DNA of 64,000 nt from Candidatus Bathyarchaeia archaeon (lineage in GTDB: Archaea; Thermoproteota; Bathyarchaeia; Bathyarchaeales; Bathycorpusculaceae): assembly GCA_049521795.1 (NCBI GenBank), contig JBEKOM010000001.1, positions 480,001 to 544,000 on the forward strand. Direction: 5' to 3'. Below are positions 59,315-64,000 of the stretch, piece after piece. Below the pieces are notes generated by a model that was given only the letters and a program-made list of their open reading frames with translations, had not been told where the DNA came from and did no database searches. The position numbers and the translations under genes are program-made. The stretch's first letter is position 1. Every line of letters begins with the position of its first letter.

Positions 59315-59818
59315 ATGTGGAGTAACGTGAAGAAATATTTCGAGGGGCATCCTGAGAGGCTCAGTGTAACCCGCGTTCTCATCGAGAATGGACTCAGTGC
59401 AAGGAGCGGGAAGATTTACCTTAACGAGATCGAGATTCCGCCAGTGCGTGTGGCCCGGGCTGCAGGGGTGGACAGGAGAACTGTCAAGGAGACATTGAAC
59501 GCAATAAAATCTGACCGTGAACTTAGGTTGATATTTGAGGGCATAAGATCTTCTGGACTTTCACTCAAGGAGATTGCTAAGCATTTGAACTTGGGAGTGG
59601 TCGAAATAACACCTGTCGATGCGAAGATCCCGGGAATACTAGCCAGCTCCGCAATGATTTTGGCGAAGAATGGTTTGAGCATAAGACAGGCAATCGTGGA
59701 CGACCCCGAGCTTTCACCCGAACCCAAACTTTCACTGATCGTTGAAAAGAAAATCCCAGGGGAACTCATTCCTGAGCTACTGAATGTGAAAGGAGTGGCC
59801 AAAGTCTCAGTGTACTAG
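59315..59818 (+). CDS. HTH-ACT regulator of amino-acid metabolism (COG2150-like)
   Basis: ARAAGVDRRTV; PGILA...SIRQAIVDDPEL; divergent from trpB2. Confidence 0.85.
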   Translation: MWSNVKKYFEGHPERLSVTRVLIENGLSARSGKIYLNEIEIPPVRVARAAGVDRRTVKETLNAIKSDRELRLIFEGIRSSGLSLKEIAKHLNLGVVEITPVDAKIPGILASSAMILAKNGLSIRQAIVDDPELSPEPKLSLIVEKKIPGELIPELLNVKGVAKVSVY

Positions 59819-59979
59819 GCGGTCAAGAGCAGTTGTCGCGTTCTAAGTAGAACTGTGTTTTGAACAGCCTATTTCATGTTGCTTTTTTCCAACGTTGAAA
59901 TCACCATGCTTTCGGCAGAAAAGATAATAGAGAGCAGCAAGGGCAATTAAACAGGAGCAACGTTATGGATGGCTAACTG

Positions 59980-61959
59980 ATGGCAAGGATAGGCGTGTAC
60001 GTCTGCCACTGCGGCTCAAACATCGCTGGTGTTGTTGATGTGGAAAAAGTGGTGGAATACGCCAAAACTCTGCCAGATGTTGTGATAGCCAAGCATTACG
60101 CTTACATGTGTTCTGAACCTGGACAACAACTTATTCAAGATGATATTGAAGACCAAAAACTTGACAGAATAGTGATTGCAACATGCTCACCTCGCATGCA
60201 CGAAGAAACGTTCCGCAGAGCAGTTGCAGAAGCTGGACTAAACCCATACCTTACTGAGATAGTCAACTTGCGAGAACAAGTCTCGTGGGCGCACACTCGT
60301 GAGCCTGAGAAGGCAACAGAAAAGGCTGAAGCGCTCGTTAGGATGGGTGCGGCTCGCGCGAGGCTTCTGGAGCCGTTAGAGAAACGCAAGATGCGCGTTG
60401 AAAGGGGCGTCTTGGTCTTAGGCGGCGGCATAGCTGGCATGCAAGCCTCGCTTGACTTGGCCAATGCAGGTTTCAAAGTTTACCTAGTCGAGAAAGCCCC
60501 CAGCATAGGCGGAAAGATGGCCCAGCTGGACAAGACTTTTCCGACGATGGACTGTTCAATGTGCATTCTTGCTCCGAAAATGATAGATTGTGCGCACCAC
60601 CCGAATGTTAAACTACTCACCTACTCGGAAGTCAAAGACGTAAAGGGCTCGGTCGGCAATTTCAAGGTGACGGTTCTCAGAAAGCCGAGATACGTTGACG
60701 AGAAAAAGTGCACCGGATGCCTGATCTGCTCGGAGAACTGCCCCGCAGAAGCGCAGAGCGAGTTTGATGAGTGCATAGGAGTGAGAAAGGCGATCTACAT
60801 GCCCTTCATGCAAGCGGTTCCCAGAGTGCCAGTAATAGACAAGGAAAGTTGCGTTGAGTGCGGTCTTTGCGAGAAGGTCTGTCCTGCCGATGCCGTCAAC
60901 AGGGCGCAGAAACCGGAAGAGATCGAGCTCAACGTTGGAGCAATCGTCGTTTCAACTGGCTTCGATGTTTTCGACCCTTCGGTGATTCCGCAGTACGGAT
61001 ACAAACGATTCAAGAACGTAATAACAGCCATGGAACTTGAACGCCTTGTATGCGCATCTGGCCCGACAGGAGGACATCTGACAAGACTTTCGGACGGGAA
61101 GATACCCAGAAGCATAGCTTTCATACAATGCGTGGGCTCTCGAGACAGACGCTTCCACGAGTACTGCTGCCGCGTGGGATGCATGGTGACGCTCAAGCAG
61201 GCAATCTTGGCCCGCGAGAAGATCCCGGGCGACTTGAAGATATACACGTGTTTCATTGACCTTCGAGCGTTCGGCAAGGGCTACGAGGAATTCTATAGGC
61301 GCGCAAGGGACATGGACATAGATTTCGTGGCTGGCTTACCCTCTGAAATCCACTGCGCAGCGGACGGGTCACTCTACTTCGACGTTTATGACAGGGGAAC
61401 AAACAAGCTCTTAGAAGTTCACGCAGACTTGGTCGTGCTTGGAACGGGACTCGTACCGAGTGGCGACCTCGGGAAAATCAGTGCGCTGTTGCACGCGTCT
61501 AGAAGTGCAGACGGTTTCCTCTTGGAAGCACACCCGAAGCTGCGACCGCTCGAGAGTGCGATGGCAGGCGTGTTTCTCGCAGGAGCGTGTCAAGGACCCA
61601 AGGACATTCCTGACACGGTGGCGCAGGCAAGTGGAGCCGCGGCAAAGGTGATAGACCTGCTTTCAAGCGGAGAGATCGATATTGAACCGTTGAAAGCCGT
61701 GGTTGACAAGGACCTGTGCAGCGGATGCAGGATCTGCGAGTCAATATGTCCTTTTGTCGCTGTAGAGATGAAGTCTGAGCTCGTGAAGGGTGAAGAAAAG
61801 CTAACGGCTGAAGTCGTTGAGGCTGTGTGCCAGGGTTGCGGTCTGTGCAGCTCTGCTTGTCCGACGGGCGCTGTCAAAATCCAGCAATATGGTAACAAGC
61901 AGGTTGTGACTCAAGTTCAAGCAGCACTAGCGGAGACCTGCGCTGAAGGAGGGGTGTGA
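59980..61959 (+). CDS. hdrA: Heterodisulfide reductase subunit A
   Basis: IGVYVCHCG.NI, CSPRMHE, GGGIAG, LDKTFPTMDC, QCVGSRD, GACQGPKDI. Confidence 0.96.
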   Translation: MARIGVYVCHCGSNIAGVVDVEKVVEYAKTLPDVVIAKHYAYMCSEPGQQLIQDDIEDQKLDRIVIATCSPRMHEETFRRAVAEAGLNPYLTEIVNLREQVSWAHTREPEKATEKAEALVRMGAARARLLEPLEKRKMRVERGVLVLGGGIAGMQASLDLANAGFKVYLVEKAPSIGGKMAQLDKTFPTMDCSMCILAPKMIDCAHHPNVKLLTYSEVKDVKGSVGNFKVTVLRKPRYVDEKKCTGCLICSENCPAEAQSEFDECIGVRKAIYMPFMQAVPRVPVIDKESCVECGLCEKVCPADAVNRAQKPEEIELNVGAIVVSTGFDVFDPSVIPQYGYKRFKNVITAMELERLVCASGPTGGHLTRLSDGKIPRSIAFIQCVGSRDRRFHEYCCRVGCMVTLKQAILAREKIPGDLKIYTCFIDLRAFGKGYEEFYRRARDMDIDFVAGLPSEIHCAADGSLYFDVYDRGTNKLLEVHADLVVLGTGLVPSGDLGKISALLHASRSADGFLLEAHPKLRPLESAMAGVFLAGACQGPKDIPDTVAQASGAAAKVIDLLSSGEIDIEPLKAVVDKDLCSGCRICESICPFVAVEMKSELVKGEEKLTAEVVEAVCQGCGLCSSACPTGAVKIQQYGNKQVVTQVQAALAETCAEGGV

Positions 61960-61960
61960 C

Positions 61961-62470
61961 TTGAGTCTCATTGACCTGATGTCAATGGCCAAGCCCAACT
62001 TCGAATTGCGAGACAGAATTCTGCTGAAGCTCGGCGGAAGGGAGCTCGTAAACTGTTACCAGTGTATAAAGTGCACGAGCGGCTGCACGGCTCTGAAGTT
62101 GCTGGAGCTGAAGCCGCACGAAATAGTGAAGCTCGTCAACCTGGGTCTAGTGGAGGATTTGCCATCTTCAGACATAATTTGGACCTGCGTCACATGCTTG
62201 AAATGCGTCCAAAGGTGCCCGCAGAAGGCTTCGCCTTACCACGTGATAATAGCCCTCAGAAACCTTGCCGTTGAAAGAGGGGCAGAAGTGCCCCAGGGAT
62301 ACTTGAAAATCGTTTCACAGATACTGGAGACCGGGTTGGCAGAGCCTCCTCAGAAGATCGTGACCAGAAAGATGGAAACCGTTGACCGCGAATCCGCGAA
62401 ACTGCCGAAGATCAAGCCTCCGAAGCAGACTTTTCAAGCCGCGCTCATGAAGACTATGGAGGAGAAGTAG
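61961..62470 (+). CDS. hdrC: Heterodisulfide reductase subunit C
   Basis: CYQCIKCTSGC, WTCVTCLKCVQRCP. Confidence 0.9.
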   Translation: MSLIDLMSMAKPNFELRDRILLKLGGRELVNCYQCIKCTSGCTALKLLELKPHEIVKLVNLGLVEDLPSSDIIWTCVTCLKCVQRCPQKASPYHVIIALRNLAVERGAEVPQGYLKIVSQILETGLAEPPQKIVTRKMETVDRESAKLPKIKPPKQTFQAALMKTMEEK

Positions 62471-62471
62471 G

Positions 62472-63347
62472 GTGAAAATCGCCGTCTACTGGGGCTGTTG
62501 CATACAGGCTAACCAGTTTGCCTACGAGATGTCGCTTCGGGCAACTCTTCCCAAGTTTGGCGTTGAGCTGGTCGACCTGAGCGAATCCGTCTGCTGCGGC
62601 GACCCGGTGAAGAGCGTCAACGAGGTTGCGGCCAACTTCCTAGCGGCTAGGGTTCTAGCCTTAGCAAACTTAACCGGCCTAGACAGCCTGCTTGTCCCGT
62701 GCAACCGATGCCACTTCACACTCTCTGAAGCTCAGGACACGATGAAGAAGAACCCTCAGACCGCTCAGAAGATCATCAGCTTGCTGAAAGAGGAGGGACT
62801 AGACTACTGCCCGAACATCAAGATCTGGCACACGATCGACCTTCTACACGACTTCGTGGGGTTAGAGAAAATCAGGAAGGCTGTGAAGAAACCTCTCAGC
62901 GGTTTGAAGGTCGCCACTCACGTGGGCTGCCAGGTGATACGTTTTAGTGACTTGGGAAGGGTTGACGATGCAGAGAACCCGCGAAAGCTCGATGAACTGT
63001 TAGAAGCAATCGGTGCTGAAGCCGTGGACTATGCTGAAAAGCTTGATTGCTGCGGGGCGGCGTTGATGCGCAGTCATCCTGATTCCGCCCTTTCCCTTGC
63101 GGGTTCCAAGCTGAAGGCCGTGCAAGGCTTGAACGTTGCAGGTCTGGTCGTATCGTGCCCTGAGTGTCAGCTGATGTTTGACGCGAAGCAGAAGGACGCG
63201 GAGACGACTGTAGGAGTGAAACTCAACGTTCCTGTAGTTTACTACACGCAGCTGCTCGGCCTTGCGCTTGGCATAGGCGAGAGGAAGCTGGGCCTGCACT
63301 TAAATCAAAGCCCGGCAGAACTGCTTCTGACAAAGGTTTCGAGTTAG
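62472..63347 (+). CDS. hdrB: Heterodisulfide reductase subunit B
   Basis: YWGC, CCG (x2), HVGC, CPEC..MFD..Q. Confidence 0.93.
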   Translation: MKIAVYWGCCIQANQFAYEMSLRATLPKFGVELVDLSESVCCGDPVKSVNEVAANFLAARVLALANLTGLDSLLVPCNRCHFTLSEAQDTMKKNPQTAQKIISLLKEEGLDYCPNIKIWHTIDLLHDFVGLEKIRKAVKKPLSGLKVATHVGCQVIRFSDLGRVDDAENPRKLDELLEAIGAEAVDYAEKLDCCGAALMRSHPDSALSLAGSKLKAVQGLNVAGLVVSCPECQLMFDAKQKDAETTVGVKLNVPVVYYTQLLGLALGIGERKLGLHLNQSPAELLLTKVSS

Positions 63348-63405
63348 AGCTGCAAACAACTTTTATATTGGCTTTCGCAAAGCTTTCCATCAAAAGGTGA
63401 AGAAG

Positions 63406-64000
63406 ATGGTTGAATTTGGGTTCACAGAGGAACAGGAACTCTTCCGCAAGGCTGTGCGCGAATGGTGCGAGAAGAACCTGCCCATAGAGAAGATCAGAGA
63501 GATGGACACTCAGGGCTGGATCCCTCAGTCGATGCTTAAGAGCATGGGTGAAATGGGACTGAACATAATGACGGCTCCGGAGGAGCACGGCGGAACAGGC
63601 GCAGACTGGATCACGGCTTGCATTGCAGCAGAGGAGCTTGGCTACGCAGACGTGAGCATCGCGTTGCCAGTGCTTTGGCTGGTGGAATCATCCTGGGGAT
63701 ACGTGGTCGACAGGCATGCAAGCGAAAGGGTCCGCAACGACGTCATACGCCCGGCAATCAGAGGCGAGGCTTTCATAGGTATAGGTTCCACAGAAGCCGG
63801 CGGAGGGTCAGACGTTGCGGCCTTAAAGTCCACAGCAAAGAAAGTGGGAAACGACTGGGTCCTGAACGGTGAAAAAACGTACATAAGCGGCACTGAGGAG
63901 GCAAAGAAGCTCGGCGGCGGCTACTTCGTCCTTGCACGAACATCACCGATATCGCCGGAAGCTGCCCACCGTGGAATGACCGGTTTCTACGTGCCTATGA
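63406..64000 (+). CDS. Acyl-CoA dehydrogenase (partial, runs off window)
   Basis: MVEFGFTEEQELFRKAVREW...PEEHGG...EELGY...STEAGGGSDV...LNGEKTYIS. Confidence 0.92.
   Translation, partial: MVEFGFTEEQELFRKAVREWCEKNLPIEKIREMDTQGWIPQSMLKSMGEMGLNIMTAPEEHGGTGADWITACIAAEELGYADVSIALPVLWLVESSWGYVVDRHASERVRNDVIRPAIRGEAFIGIGSTEAGGGSDVAALKSTAKKVGNDWVLNGEKTYISGTEEAKKLGGGYFVLARTSPISPEAAHRGMTGFYVPM

Noticed and set aside
13030-61305. 6-bp GCGCGC/CGCGCG hits in the core (e.g. 13030, 13335, 14130, 18076, 49469, 60355, 61299)
   Set aside because: Roughly chance frequency for hexamers and mostly inside intact genes; not counted as junction sites.
21-63893. Many antisense or overlapping ORFs in the track (e.g. 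32619-33599, 56145-56906, 11212-11898, 21-347)
   Set aside because: Shadows of well-supported genes on the other strand or frame, with no recognisable motifs.
1-64000. CRISPR arrays and rRNA genes
   Set aside because: No regularly spaced 25-40 bp repeats and no rRNA-like sequence seen.

Overview
Archaeal chromosomal window, most likely Candidatus Bathyarchaeia. This is inferred from the gene set (thermosome, aIF5B, topoisomerase VI, SAMP, Cgi121, Sua5, a two-intron tRNA-Glu, HdrACB, AOR, ACD, EndoQ, dockerin/CARDB surface protein), not from a database search. Core housekeeping and metabolic genes fill about 11.5-51.5 kb and 54.2-64 kb. Two accessory patches (about 0.64-11.3 kb and 51.5-54.2 kb) are mosaics of intact single genes and broken gene remnants, including a PLD nuclease with an EVE-like reader, a TIR-TPR-Hint protein, a radical SAM protein, an HNH nuclease and a truncated ATPase. 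The main unexplained signal is an alternating (CG)n palindrome (core GCGCGCGC, often AGCGCGCGCT). It sits at gene ends and exactly at truncation or fusion breakpoints in both patches. I counted 10 perfect octamers there and none by eye in the core. This suggests an undescribed short-palindrome-directed gene capture/deletion system; no recombinase is encoded in the window. Other notable items: a TIR-TPR-polyGly-Hint protein, a SerK-like gene coupled to trpB2, a 23-24 aa ultra-acidic peptide gene upstream of ABCE1, a frameshift in top6B and a C/D box sRNA. All calls are by eye from motifs.
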